Shown: positions 1 through 13,020 of the stretch, piece by piece
Numbering within the stretch: the first letter of the stretch is position 1
How the letters are laid out: every line of letters starts with the position of its first letter
Assembly: GCA_047967505.1 (NCBI GenBank)
Contig: CM106538.1
Reading direction: 5' to 3' (one strand)
Source: Dipteris shenzhenensis
Lineage: Eukaryota
DNA: 64,000 nt
The notes under the pieces: generated by a model
What the model saw: only the letters and a program-made list of their open reading frames with translations
What the model was told of the DNA's origin: nothing
Databases searched by the model: none
Translations under genes and position numbers: made by a program

Positions 1-699
1 GCAGCTCCACACATATACGACTTGGCTAGCATCTCCTGAGCTTTCGATAAAATTAGCTTCTTTAGAGTTCAGTGCTTGCGGATCCCAAAGGAGAGGTTTA
101 CCAAACCAGTGGGCTATACTCAAATCCATCTCCCACATGCATTGAGGATCTCAATTGGGAAGTTTTGAGTGATGGATATTGACTCAAATCAGTGATGCAT
201 GTAGTGCAATTACTTTGATTATTCACACAATGAAATTCAAACTTGAAGAAGAAAGACAATCGAGATATTCGACAAAACACACCACAAGATACTTCTATTC
301 ATCAACAGCAAGAGCGCATCCCTACTGGGCTTGTTGCTCACTACAATATTGCTAGCCACAAAGGCTCTTGTCACAAAGACTCTGCCACAAAGGCTTCCCA
401 CACAACAACCACGAAAAACTGACCTGATCAATACTAATAGACCTCTACACACCGACTGTTGATTCCGCCTCTTCAGTACGTAACCTTGCTGACCCTGGAT
501 ATGTCAAGAAGCCAAGAGGCAGACGTCCCTGCAGAAAACATGGAGAGCGAACGACTCTCATCACCCCCCTCGAGATCAGCGAAGTGGAGCCGACCGCCTT
601 GGAGAGTACTAGAGCAAGGCAATCACCTTCTACGTAGGTGATTGCATGCAAGAGGTCCACGTGGACTCTCAAGCCCTAACTATTCTCTAACCTCATGAG

Positions 700-1600
700 G
701 ATGAAACCCAATTATCAGCACAAGGCAAGGGCATGTACCTAGCTGGCAAGATCAGGTCAGAGCAGAACCACGGATGTTTGGCTGTCTTGAGCAGGTCGGA
801 GATGGTGTCAGCAAATGCGCAGCATGTCTGGGCTGTACATGGGCCAGGAAGCACTGGAGACGGCAACACAAGGCCGGGACAGTCCAGGGCAGTAGGTCCC
901 TACATGGCGGGGGTTTGTGGGCAGGTGTAGGGCCTGCAACAGGGCTCTGAAGATGGCACAATATGGAGCAGGGTGACTAGAATTGAGGTCGGACATGGAC
1001 AGGATGGTTGGAGCTGGCTGTAACCAGCCAATCAGGCCTGGTCATGGGCAGATCAAGGGCTGGGCTGTAGCATGGAAGTGTGGGCCAAGGTCCCTGGGCT
1101 GTTTTGTAGCAGTAAAGTTGGCGAGGGAGGGGCTGATTGGGTCGGCCATATCCCCCTCTCCTGGTTGATTTTTTGAGCAGGGCTTTAGCCCTATAAAAGG
1201 AGAGGCCTTGGGCCTCATTTTAGTATCACCTGGAGCAGCCTTCCAAGGAGCAGCAGATCAGCATCATTTGGGCCTCATCTAGGAGGAGAGAAGTGGCCTG
1301 AAGAGCTGCAGACTTGGCTTGAAGGAGGTGCCCACCTAGGCTGAGGTTCCAGACAGCAAGGTGAGAGTCTACATATGCTCAGTGGAGCACATGGGCTCAG
1401 AGATCTAGAGGTGACAGGCATTTACCAGACAACAAGGTATTGTATCTTGTCCAGTTTGTGGACAGACGGAAATGTAAAGTGTTGCTTCTATATTTGTCTC
1501 TGAGCACAATCTATTTGCTAGTCACATGAATGTTGTCAAGTACACACACTTGATGAAGCCTTGATTCCATAGTGATACACTTCCGCATGTGTGGTAACTA
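700..1600 (+). mobile_element. LTR-like region upstream of the copia gag remnant
   Basis: Non-coding stretch with TATA-like CTATAAAAGGAGAGG at ~1191, directly 5' of a gag remnant. Termini not resolved. Confidence 0.35.
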
Positions 1601-1689
1601 TCAGTCTTCCGCTGCGCGATACCCAATGTGTGAGAGAGATCGGAAACCTTGGCTATCATTGTGGGTATAATGATGGATGCGGTGCTGCC

Positions 1690-2175
1690 GCATATTCAAA
1701 TGGCAGACACTTCTTTCGAGGCCTAGGCGATGATATCTATGAGCTTGACAATGAGGCGAGAATGTTGGACCTCGAGACAGACTTGTTTAGCATGAGTATG
1801 GATGAAGGGGAATCGGTACATGAATACATCACCAAGATGAAGGGTGCGGGATCAATTGGTGGCAATTCGAACTCGACCAGGATGGCAAGGATGTTGCGGA
1901 ATGCTCCCTCGGAGCTACAATAGTTTTGTGATTACGATGACTGCAGGGTGTAGGGCGGCGCTGGTGACTTTCAAAGAGCTCGTTCCATTGCTGCGGCAGC
2001 AAGAAGCTCGGGAAAAGAAGTACGATGGCATGAACGAGGATGACAAGGCCTTGATAGCTCAGGACAAGAGCACAGGCAAGGGCAAGGGTAAGCCTAGCAA
2101 AGGCAAGCCCAAAACTGACAACGGAGCGGACTCTTTCACACTGAGATGGAGAGGAGAAAACAGAGAGAACTGCAA
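1690..2175 (+). mobile_element. Ty1/copia gag (UBN2-like) remnant, frameshifted
   Basis: LDLETDLFSMSMDEGESVHEYITKMK / RDQLVAI / LPRSYNSFVITM...TFKELVPLLRQQE across ORFs 1591-1923 and 1844-2179. Confidence 0.75.
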
Positions 2176-2756
2176 GTGATATCAGGCCAAAACCCCACAA
2201 GCCTGTTGGGGAAAACATCTGCTGAACAAGCACTTGCGAGAGCGAACATCTGCCAAGCTATGGATAGAGCTAAGGCGTATGGGGATGAAAACCGATCCGC
2301 TAGAGAATTTAAGGAGGGAGAAAAAGTTTTTCTCAGAGTTCCTTCGCACTCTAAGTCTTTGACTGCAGGAGAGTATGCTAAGTTATCACCTCGATATTGT
2401 GGGCATGGTTCATTCTAAAAGGAATAGGCAAGGTAGCCTATAAATTAGAATTGCCACAGGGGTGTAAGATGCACCCAGTGTTTCATGTTTCTCGTTTAAA
2501 GAAATTTTTGCATACAGGTGACTCACTAATCGAGGGTGTTGTTTTGTTTCAGGAGATAGAGGATAATGCAAGACGCAAACCAACAGGAATCCTGGACCGA
2601 GGAACAATGCAAGTACGCAATCGGAAGATACCCACGGTGTTGGTTGCATGGCATGGTCTACCTCTATCAGAAGCTACTTGGGAATCCGTATACCAGTTAC
2701 GGAGAGTGTTCCCAGACTTTATCATTGAGGACGCTGATGCTTGAAGAGGGAAGGAA
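2176..2756 (+). mobile_element. Ty3/gypsy chromovirus integrase C-terminus (GPY/F region + chromodomain) and PPT
   Basis: REFKEGEKVFLRV...KLSPRYCG..IGKVAYKLELP...HPVFHVSRLK, then ILDR..VLVAWHGLPLSEATWE chromodomain. Purine tract GAAGAGGGAAGGAA is followed by TG at 2757 (3' LTR start). Confidence 0.85.
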
Positions 2757-3261
2757 TGTTACGCTCAAGTTGAGGTAACATGACCTCGGAAGGGTCAGTC
2801 AACATTTTCCTTTAAAGGATCAATGTTTGTATTATATTTGTTTGGGCTTCATGTAAATGATCAAAAAGGAATAAAGGTCAAGGTCCTTGGTGAGGGTGAC
2901 ATGGCACTAGACTAGGTGGATCTAAGGCTAAGGGACCTAAATGCATGAAATGTGCCAAGGGGCAAATAGTTTTAATGATATCCCAAGAGAGGGGTAAATG
3001 ATGCATTAAGGAAGGACCCTAATATGAAGACATGTGGCATACTAGATCCATCTAGGGAATTTTGGGGCTCGTTGGGAATAAGCAAGCTGAAGCTTTCACG
3101 TAATCTGATTCATTTCTGAGAAGCTTGCTACCACCCGTGATTTGACGTAACAAGTTAGGAGTAAACAAGTTTTAGTGTTAGAATCTTGAATATGTCGTTA
3201 GCTTGTGTGAGTGCCTTCTGTTAGGTGATTGGCCAAGGTGGGATTTACAAGCATGACAGGA

Positions 3262-3277
3262 TGGCTCTAATACCATG
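3262..3277 (-). other. tRNA-iMet-type primer binding site next to an LTR end (CA)
   Basis: Minus strand reads ...TTCA-TGGTATTAGAGCCA, a near match to the canonical TGGTATCAGAGC PBS. Confidence 0.5.
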
Positions 3278-3479
3278 AATGAAAGCTAAGGTGAAAGCCT
3301 TCTAGACTGGGCTGCCCCCCACACATTAACATGGGTAGGATAGATGCGCATATGGGTACATGTGCGCACGTGTGCACATGTGATTTGCTGCAATGAAAAT
3401 GCCAATAATTTCTAGAATTAAAGCATACAAATGAATCAGTAAGTTAGTTGAGGAGAAAGAGCTTCTTCCTAGTGGTATC

Positions 3480-4050
3480 TCACAGGAGCTAGTGCTTCAA
3501 GGCCATTCTATGTGGCACAGTGGCACGATGTGCCCGATTAGAAATGATGAACTAGTTGTCTTTGTGCCCAATCACAAACACTTCCTTGCAGGTCACTGCA
3601 CCATGGAGCCTCAGGACTTGTTCTTGCTTCGTATTCCGGCTCAGGACCCACTGCCTCCTTCATTGGAGAGATAGGCTTGGGAGGTGGTATCTAGTATTAC
3701 TTTATGGCATATATGGTGCTTGAGAAGCGCTCATATCATCGGCACATAGACATTCATAGTAGCTGATATATTAGATTCCATTTGGGTAAATATCATTTTT
3801 ACTATTTGGTGTTATTGGGAGAGACACACTGGGACATCTACAGCTGCTCGTGAGAGACTAGTTGCATTCAAGAGGACTTGGGATTGTTCCTTGTTTTTTG
3901 TTTTACTCCATATGGGAGAACCTGCCATTAGACACCACCCGCATGGCTCTTTGTTCATATTGTAGAGGCGAGGAATAGAGTTCGCAATCTCCCACCTCTT
4001 GTATATTTTATTTTGAATGGAATAAATACTTTTTATTAGTCTTAAAAAAA
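3480..4050 (+). mobile_element. L1-like LINE 3' fragment
   Basis: LWHIWCLR motif (~3702-3725) typical of plant L1 ORF2 C-termini; AATAAA and short A tract near 4021-4050. Confidence 0.5.
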
Positions 4051-4656
4051 GGGACAAACATATGCAATAGATGCAATATCTTCATCTGGTTGGTTGCCCT
4101 AATGTGAGTGACATGGTGAGTGCGTGCTTGTGGCTTGTGTAACATGTGGCAAGGCCACTTGAGGTAGACCAATTGATTGGTGCCATGTGGCAACTACCCT
4201 TCATCCATATGGATGTATGTTGGGGCTTGCCACATCATGTGGTCCGTGTCCATGACATAACATCATGGATGTCCCAACCTAGGACTTAAATCTTTCTACC
4301 ACTCTTCAATTAATCCAACCCCAAAACCACCCCAAGGGTAATTTATTGAACTAAACTTTATTGCTCATCACTTTTTCCAACATTCTGATGTAAATCAGTT
4401 AGAGTTGCATGGCTAAAATAAAGATGGTTGGATGTCACTAGGCCGAGCCCATGGATTCTATAAACGGAACTTGTTGTGTTCTATTGCGATAAAACTACTC
4501 GTATCCCTCATTTACTTTCTTTCACTAGATCATTAATCAAACAATTGAGCCTGAGCACTTTGAAAATATATTAAGCAAAGTTTGTTCAAGAGATAAAGAG
4601 TCAAAAATTTGAGCTTTCTGTTCATGCAAGCTGTTTTCGTTGTCTCTTGTTTGCAG

Positions 4657-4742
4657 GGTGCCTTTGAGCTGGGATGTGCTGTATGCCCTATCGCTATAAA
4701 GTATAATAAGATATTTGTTGATGCCTTTTGGAACAGCAAGAA
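4657..4742 (+). CDS. GPAT9: Glycerol-3-phosphate acyltransferase 9 (ER GPAT), internal exon
   Basis: TTGCAG acceptor and GT donor. Translates GAFELGCAVCPIAIKYNKIFVDAFWNSK(K), nearly identical to the plant GPAT9 segment I recall (GAFELxCxVCPIAIKYNKIFVDAFWNSRK). Upstream exons are not seen in the window. Confidence 0.95.
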
Positions 4743-5019
4743 GTAGGCTTTGCTCTGCCTTTCAATATTTTCTCTTTTAAAAGTACTTTGCTGCTGTGAC
4801 TCTATGATAATGGTAAAAAGTTGGTAATGGTATCCATTGTTAGTCATCATATTTCATCTATGAAAATATAATTTAGTTTGGAATCTTGCCTTAACACCAA
4901 AGTTTCATCCATGTGTCTTAAGATGCAAGTATCATCCATGGGAAGATCTTATGTATAAGATTCACAATAGATGAAGATAAAAGTGGATGTTGCAGTCATT
5001 TCTCATCTAGGTTGAGCAT

Positions 5020-5680
5020 AGGCATCTTCCTGTCCTTCTATTCTTGCAACAACATAGCAAAGACTATGTATCTCCAATTCAATGGCAAAATGGCTTCTAT
5101 CCCATACACTAGCTGGAATGGTGTAAACCCAATAACTAGCTTGTATGCGGTTCTGTAAGCCCATAAAACTTTTGCCAAGTTCCTATCCTAATGCCTTTTC
5201 TTGGTGTTTACAAGCTTTCCCATTGAATTGCACAACAATCTATTTGTTTTCTTAGTCAAGCCATTACATTGGGGATAGTATGGTGTGGAAATGCTATGAT
5301 TAATCTTTAGCTTATGCACCACATCTTCAATTAGGTCATTTTTAAAAGAGGTTCCTCCATCAGTGAGAATTTCCAAAGGACAACCAAAGCGTGAACAAAT
5401 TTGGTCAAAGAGAAATTTTGCAACTGTTCTTGCCTTGTTGTTGACTGTGGCCTTGGCCTCTGTTTGTTGTGGAGTTAATCCTTGAGGAAACATGCCTTCT
5501 TTCACATATTGCTCAACATCTTGCAGTTCTAGTCATCTAGTGTCTACCAAAGAAACAACCATTGCAATGGCTTGAGTAGTTAACTCATCTGCCCTGTGAT
5601 TTTCTTTTCTGTTTATATGAACAAACTTGCAAAAATCAAATTAACTACATAGTGCCGTAGCCTTCTGATTAAGCTCCTTT
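5020..5680 (-). mobile_element. Ty3/gypsy (Tat-like) additional RNase H end + integrase core fragment
   Basis: FVHINRKENHRADEL (C-terminal motif of an archaeal-type RNase H) upstream of RFGCPLEILTDGGTSF...STPYYPQCNG...LWAYRTAYK...TPFQLVYG. Confidence 0.8.
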
Positions 5681-5879
5681 AAATGAGGATTTCTTGTCTT
5701 GTAATGCCCTTGCATTTGCTTTATAACAAGCTGAGAATCTCCTGTTACTTCCAATTCTCTAACTTGAACTTGAAGACAACCCTCCAAACCAAGAATCAAA
5801 GCATTATACTCAGTTGCATTATTAGTTGTGATACCTGGAAGCTCTTTTCCTTTTACCCATGCCTCTTGACCTTCAGAAA

Positions 5880-7110
5880 TTCATCAAGACCATCCCCCCG
5901 GCTCCTTGTTGGCGTGAAGGACTAAAAATACAAAACAAAAGCTGTTGGTGTTATCTCCCTTTCTCTGGGCTATGTCCAAAGTGACCCCTCGTCTCTGTCG
6001 GTCCCCCCTGAGGAAAGCTTTGATAGGTTGGACCTCAATAGAATGTCTCTGGGCACTCTCTGTCTCGCATGTGGTCTCTACGTCCCTCTCTCTGTGGCAC
6101 CGTGTCCGATCTCTCTGCTGATCCAAGCTACCCTCATATTAGCTAGCTCCTTCTCCTCTACTCTGCATGTCCTAGAGCTGACTCAAATGTCTAGAGGGCT
6201 GTGACGCATCGCTGTGCCCGGTCAGCCTCTACGTCCTGTGGTCTAGCCGCCTCTTGATGTGTCTAATCTCTTGCAGAAGTGTCTCCTTGTGCCGGTGCAT
6301 CTCCATTAGATAGAGCCCAATGCAGATCTGGTCATGGGAATGGATCAGTCATCGATATAGTTGACCGAAGCCTCTCCCTTCCAGGTAGAGGCAGTGGTAG
6401 CGTCCCCAGATCTCATAGTAGACTAGGCAAGTACAAAGAAAATGCTTCTCTGTCTGAATCGCCCCCAGCGTACATAGCATGTAGATCCTCTCCTCTTTGG
6501 GTATACCTGCAGCTCTCCCCGCCTCGATCCTCAACTGATGGGACGAAACCTGGGACGAAACCCGCATCTGTCCGATGGCAATCCTCAGTGCATGTGAGAC
6601 TCCTCTGTTCCTCGAGGTACTGGGGTCTGATGATGAATCCCTCCTCCGATACACTCAGGTAGTGGTCGCGGTAGAACTAGATCTCTCTGGGGACTCCTGG
6701 TCTCCTCACCAAGTCCGAGATGTATGGAGCTGGAGGAGATCTAACCGTACGATACGGTTGATCTCATCTCATGGGATCGACTCAGGAGGCGTGTCCATGC
6801 TGTATTGAAAGGACGAAAGTTTGTCCATCTGAATAACGTGCTTGGCTAGCCATGTGGATATATGTGCATATCATGTGTCTTCCCCGTCCTTTGCTAGGCA
6901 TTTGGATGACTCCCTAGGCTAGCCTCGGAAGTCTCCAGTGAGGTAAGTTCCAAACTTTGTGGATGAATGTCACCGTCTGAAAGATGGCATCAACCTGGAG
7001 GGGTGTCATGGTCATCAACATGAGGACATCAGGGTGGATGGAGCAATGGAGCCATGAAATTGGCGACATGGTGTTGTTGGCTGCTCATGGGTGCGGCCCT
7101 TTGACGTCTC
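5880..7110 (-). mobile_element. RTE/RTEX-like LINE, 3' portion (copy 1)
   Basis: IAIGQMRVSS..HQLRIE..CTLGAIQTEKHFLCTCLVYYEI C-terminal Cys/His motif; FQYSMD segment homologous to 7780-8163. Confidence 0.7.
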
Positions 7111-9300
7111 TTGGTCATAGCTCTGCGTCTAACAAGGGCCACAGTAATCCCTGTTGGTCGGGCTTTGACTCTAAACAGAGAGGGGATATCCCCAAGTGTA
7201 ATCTATGCATCAACCCTCTGTTTGAGCTATCGAGTCACTGGCTCTGGGTCACCGATCATGGTGAGGGCTCATCTCGTAGGGGTCCATGTGATCTAGCAGG
7301 AAGAACCGCGTGATAGAGCTCTGAGAGGGATCTACCAAGGAAGAAGTTTGCTCCTGTCTCCGTGATCGAAGTATCCTCTCATGGTGCCTGACTACCTCAT
7401 GAATGAAGCCCGCCAAACATCTCTGGTCTGGATAGGAGAGGAATCGGGACAAAACCCCAGAGCTATCTATGAAGAGATAATAGAAACGCCCTCGGATCTC
7501 ATAGTAAATAGGGCACCTGAAGATGAAGTGCTCCTCCATCTTAACTTTTTGCATGCCACATAATGTGCATATGGGCCTCTCCCTGCTCTCTATACGAAGT
7601 CTATGTGAAGAGACCCATAATTGCCCGATAGAGATCCTCAGTGAGTGGGGTAAGTGGATTTGCATGTATCCTGGTGGGTCAATGAAACCCTCCATTGTGA
7701 TATGCAAGCAGTGATCTCTGTAGAAGTTGAGATTCACTGGGAGTTCGCTCGGTGCCAACTAGGTCTGGAATGTGTGTAGCTATAAGAGATCCTCACGGAT
7801 TACCTGGTTGACTTCATGTGCCAGGAGGGGAGAAAATGGAGCATTCATACTGTACTGGAAGGGAGGGAGCCTATCCATGTGGAGCCCTAGTTGCTCGAAC
7901 TCTCTCTCTATGTGTGCATACCAACATCTCTGGTCCCCTCGTGCCGAAAGTGCCATAGAGGAGGATAATGCTAGCCAAGGTAGTCTGTTGCGCCCACAAG
8001 TGTAATCCCCGTACTCCCTGACTCGGTACAGGTACATGATGACCTGAAATGCAACATCTAGCTGTAATGGGGATGACCCAAACTCAGCCTGAATGATCTG
8101 GTGAGGAACGGATGGCTTATCGCAAATCATCCGCGATAGCATGAGAACATGTAGCCGCTCCACACGAGCCCCACTCTACATCTGACAAGTCTGGCCCCCA
8201 GTAAGGGCTGCCATACATCCTCGTTGGGCGAACGAAGGAGTCAAAAAGCAGCCCCTTGGTCCGTGGATCCTGAAAGTGCGAGCGGAAGCACTGCCTCTCT
8301 AGTCTGGCCAATGAAGCTTATCCCTTGCCTAGGCGGGCATGCATCGTGGGTCTCATAGTGAAGAGTCCAGAGAAGACAACCCCAAGACACGTGTATGATG
8401 AAACTATCTCAATAGGTGACCCATCAAACGTGGACTGCTCTTGGTGCATGACGGCTTGATATGTATTGAAGATCATAACCTTGGTAAAAGGTGGACCTTC
8501 GAATCATGAGACTCACACAAAAACTATAGTGCGTCAAGTGTCCCTGGAGCCCCTCTGTTGAGGAAGACAAAAGTGCCACATCATCTACATACATCAATAT
8601 CCGGATCTCATCTGTCAACCCAGGCCCTGCCCAGACTCTATTTGTGACTCTCTCGTAAAGTGCCATGACGGCCCAAATGATCTCTTGGTCATAACCCGAA
8701 TCTTGTAGACACCGGAGGAGGCGAGCTCTTGGGACCGTATCAAATGCTTTGCGGAAATCAACAAAGCAACAATAGACCCTCTGCTTTCGTGCCCTCGCCT
8801 CCTCGATGATACACCTGAGTGTGATAATGTGATCCATGATTCCATGATCCCGCCGGAATCCAGCCTGTCCTACTGCTGTAAGTCCTCGACACTCTGCAAA
8901 TCGACTGACCTTGGAATCAAGCACTGATGCATAAATCTTGGACATGACATGTCCAATCATAATGGTCCTGTAATTCTCCGGGCTCATGGGATCCCCTGCC
9001 TTGTGAATGGGTGAAATAGTGTTAATGGTCCAAGTGCGTGGAAACCCCAAACAAACAGCTTCATTACTTTGCTAAGATCGGGGCTAGGCGGTTCGTCCCA
9101 TATGCAAAGAACTCAGTGCATAGCCCCTCATGATCCTTCGCTCGGCCATTATGAAGTTTTATTACGGCATACTTCACTCCCCCCTTAGTGAAGAGGGTGC
9201 AAGATGTGGGGTGTGGCACATGTGAGAGGTCAGGGGATTGCGTAAAGGGTAGCGTAGCCTGAACAGTCCACCAAGAAAAGAAGTCGATGAAGCTAAACCT
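7110..9300 (-). mobile_element. RTE/RTEX-like LINE ORF2 (RT + C-terminal zinc motif), decayed (copy 2)
   Basis: PIHKAGDPMSPENYRTI, QAGFRRDH..DHI, CFVDFRKAFDTV, LMYVDD, then ICTLCG..EEHFIFRCPIYYEIR. Clade assignment is inference. Confidence 0.88.
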
Positions 9301-9308
9301 ATGTTTGG

Positions 9309-10423
9309 TGTTGTACTCAAAGTTTATGGCGACCCACCAAGAGTCACACCTGGGTCACGTCATGGTCACCTCAGCAACATGCCAAGTTGTTAGACCTTGG
9401 TCATACCTAGTCGCAGCGTGTTCACATATGTTCACATCTTGGTGACATGGAACAGACTTGGACATGACTTGACATGGACATGACTTGGACATGACATGGA
9501 ACAGACTTGGACATGACTTGACTTGGACATGACTTGGGTATGACGGAAGCAATACATGACTGAAGAGTGCCAAACCTCAACCTCGACTCACCATGGTCAA
9601 AGTCAATCAGAGGGAAGTACTGGCGCAATGGTACACGGGATACACCTGTTGGTGCACATGGGAAGCAGTCCAACAGTTAAGAGGCATAGGTGGTGCACCA
9701 ACCCTCTCAACCAACTAGTGTCAGGAGCGCAGGAGAACACATGGAGCATGGGATTCACTGACCCAGGACAGGCTGGAGTGTTGCGGAAGCCATCAAGGAC
9801 AGAGCGGCCCACAAACGGTGGAATGGCTAAGGATGGCTAAGGGTGCAAGAAGACGTCCAATAGGAAGAAGGAGAGGAGATTGGTAGCGGGGGGTGGAGCA
9901 GAGGAGAAGAAGGTGAAGAGGGGGAAAGGAAAAAGGGAGAGGGACATTCTGGCAGGGGCGGGAGGCGTGAGTGAAGGAGTGAGAGGCTAGAGTCAAGAGC
10001 TCGCCTCGTGTGTATCTTCTAGGGGTGTATCCGTCATCTTGCTTTCTAATGAGTTATGCTACTCTCCATCTCTGCTCGCTACTCTAAAATCTCTTTCCGT
10101 TGTGTTCTTTCCCCCCTCCTCTCCCTTCACCTGGTACAACGGACCTGTGTCATGTGATTGAAGTTCTTGCCGTTCATATCGAGGGTTGGCTTTCGTGATG
10201 TTGTTCCGCTTTGGTCTTCTTCTTGCTCACATCACTTCAGCACTTGTACCGCTTGCACATAGTTGACACCATCTACCGCTTGCACATAGTTGACACCATC
10301 GACAAGCACTCGCCTACATACCATCCGTGACACTTATGGCATGTCTTACTCGTCTCTCGCACCAGTGGCCCTAGGCCTCCAGTAATACTTCCGGAAGTGT
10401 TAGGAACCCCCCCCCCTCAGACA
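9309..10423 (+). repeat. 5' LTR
   Basis: TGTTGTACTCAAAG...CCCCTCAGACA; repeated at 17225-18356 with roughly a dozen substitutions plus small indels (counted by eye). Confidence 0.97.
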
Positions 10424-10428
10424 GTTTA

Positions 10429-10446
10429 TGGCGATCATGGTGGGAC
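10429..10446 (+). other. Primer binding site, probably tRNA-Arg type
   Basis: TGGCGATCATGGTGGGAC starts 5 nt after the LTR CA and is complementary to a tRNA 3' end ...GUCCCACCAUGAUCGCCA. tRNA identity is inference. Confidence 0.7.
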
Positions 10447-10505
10447 ACTGCTGGTGTTGAGTAGCACGAGTGAAGTGGTGATCTAGGGTCCTAGAGAGAG
10501 GTCTT

Positions 10506-13020
10506 ATGCCGAGTAGTTTTGAAACATTTGAAGGAGCTAGTGAGAGAACTAGGAGGTACTTGAGGAGAGTGGAGAAAAGACTTCCGGCAGACCAAACTAG
10601 GTACAAGAAGCATTACGTGCGACGTAAGTTTGCGAAGTCCTCAACTCGAGCACAAAGTGAGCCCATTGGAGCAGTAGCCAGAGCAAGTAACTTCATCGAC
10701 ACTCTCATTGACTTGGATCAACAGGAACCCTGGTGGTCAGATCCGGACTCCGGAGAAGAAGAAGTGCAAAGCGGAGAACAGGTGAAAGAAGAGGGTACTA
10801 AGGACGAGGACTCTTCAGGGACTCATCAAGGTCAAGGCAGCCCCTCTCCTCCTGCAACGATGTCTTCATCAACCACCTCTTCTACCGGAGTGGTGACTCC
10901 ATCTGCTCCCGCCTCAACCTCTTGTGGACAAGCTGCTACCTCATCTGTTATGCATAGCTCCAGGCTCCTAGCTAATCCTTCTTCTACATCTATTCCATTG
11001 GGGGGTACTTTTGCTCCGACCATGCCTTTACGTGCCATGATGGTTTCATCTCCCTTTCCATCCACACCGGTGTTGCCTTTTCCACCACCTCCTTCCTTCC
11101 CTTCTGCCTACTCATCCATGACTTCAACTCCGTCCCTCTCTTTCCCAAATGCTCTCCCATCCTCTTTCACCCCCACATCTTCTATGTTCTTACCCTTTCT
11201 ATCTGCAACACCGAGACCCCCCACTTACGCCCTACCATCTGGGTACACTTCCTCTATGACTACATCAGTAGTGACTTCTCCATTGTGGTCCTCCACAGGA
11301 GGAGTTGTCGGGGTGGTCTCCTCCTTGGGAGCACCAACACTCATTACAGCCCCATCAGGACTCCCTCCAACTCTTGCATCCTCTCCAACCTCTCGGGTGG
11401 GGATGGCCCCCTCTCCAACCTCTCGGGTGGGGATGGCCGTTCTCAGTCCTCCAGACAGAGCTAGACTTCTCGAGCTACTCAACAAGGTCCACGTGAAGAC
11501 TCAAAAGTTCAAAGGCCACCTCCATGAGGATGCGGAAGCTCATGTGAGGAAGTTCCTCACATCATGTAGAGCTAAAGGTGTGGAGAATGAGCATGCGTTC
11601 CTTCACATCTTTCCCTCGTCATTGGAGGATGCCGCGGATGTATGGTACATTCAATTTCCTCCGGACCACTTCCAGACGTGGACAGACCTAAGGGAGGAAT
11701 TCTTACGCACTTTCAAGTTGAAAAAATTCGAACACATGATTGTCCAAGAGTTATCCACTGACACCATGAAGCCTGGAGAGAGCATCTCTGAGATGTACAC
11801 AAGGATGAGGGTCTTGGCGGCAAAGATGTCGGTGCCACCCAATGACACCGTCATGAAGGGGTGGTTTTTGAAGGCTTTACCCTCCACCATTGCTATAAGG
11901 CTGGTTGACAAACTTCCTGAGCATGCCTCACTACAAGAATTTCTGAGGGAAGCGGTGAAGATGGAACGGTCCCAGTTGAGTTTCGCCTCAACACCCGCCC
12001 AGACCGCCCAACTTCCGAGAGAAGAGGGCTCACAGGCATGGCAGCAACTCAAGAAGGAATTGGAAGAAATCAAAGAAGGTCTGAAAGACAGAACAAAAGT
12101 GGATGGGACCGTCACCCTTTGAAGCTCAGATAAGAAGTGGTCTCTGGTGCACCGACTGCAAGGGTTCTGGCCATGGCTACTGGGAATGTCCATTGAAGCG
12201 TAAGGTACCCACCCCGACCTCCTTTTGCACATTTTGTGAAATTCATGGACATGATGCCTTCGAGTGTAGGTATCTTAAGGGGTTGAGGAAGCTTCTACCG
12301 GAGTATCCAATTGGAGAACCACTGGTGGCTACAATCAACAAAGCTGCACCGACCACTTCAGGGCCAGTACCCCTAGCTTCAGCCCCTGTAAAGGCACCTG
12401 AACCACCCACCCATCCTATTATTCCACCTCCACTACTTCCTAATCCTCCTTTGCTCCAAGCTCCTACTCCTAGTGAATTTGGGGCTCCATACTTCTATCC
12501 TCCGCCCTACTATGCACAGTATCAACCACCTATGTCAGGGGGTGGATATGGACCCCCTTATATCCGCGGTCGACAGGGTGGGTTCCGAGGTGGACATGGA
12601 GGCAGAGGTACCAACTTTCGCAGGCCCATCATGTGCTATAGATGTGGCGAGTACGGCCATTACCAAGATGATTGTACACAACCATTCGAGGGACCCTCTT
12701 GTACACAGTGCAACACAAATGACCACTACACCAGAGATTGTCCCAATGGCAGAAGGGAATCAACATCGCAAGTCAACATGGTTGATGTGGTAGTGGCGGG
12801 GGAGGGTGACAAACCCCATTTGATTGGTGCAGTGTTGGGAGCTGTGACTAGGTCACAAATGAAGGGTGACAGTAGTAAGGATGACTCAACATCAATATCG
12901 GAGGCCTCATCACCAACTAATACCAGCCCAGTCACTAGAGGAGCATCCCCACCTCCTTCCTCCAAGGTGGACAGTGGGCACATGACTGCATCACCCTTGT
13001 CCTCTCTTGTACTGGATTAG
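10506..13020 (+). CDS. gag: Gag (Ser/Pro-rich N-terminus, capsid domain, CCHC zinc knuckles), split over two frames
   Basis: KFKGHLHEDAEAHVRKF..FPSSLEDAADVWY..TWTDLREEFL (retrotrans_gag). Four knuckle-like motifs CTDCKGSGHGYWEC, CTFCEIHGHDAFEC, CYRCGEYGHYQDDC, CTQCNTNDHYTRDC lie in the +1 frame. Confidence 0.88.

Noticed and set aside
445-700. Possible LINE RT scrap (…TEEAESTVGV) on the minus strand
   Set aside because: Only one short motif; the surrounding sequence is too decayed to support a call.
9443-9545. Repeat array resembling CRISPR
   Set aside because: No unique spacers, eukaryotic context, and it is part of an LTR.
9355-9996. Short ORFs repeated at 17349-17926
   Set aside because: They lie within the LTRs and recur only because the LTR is duplicated.
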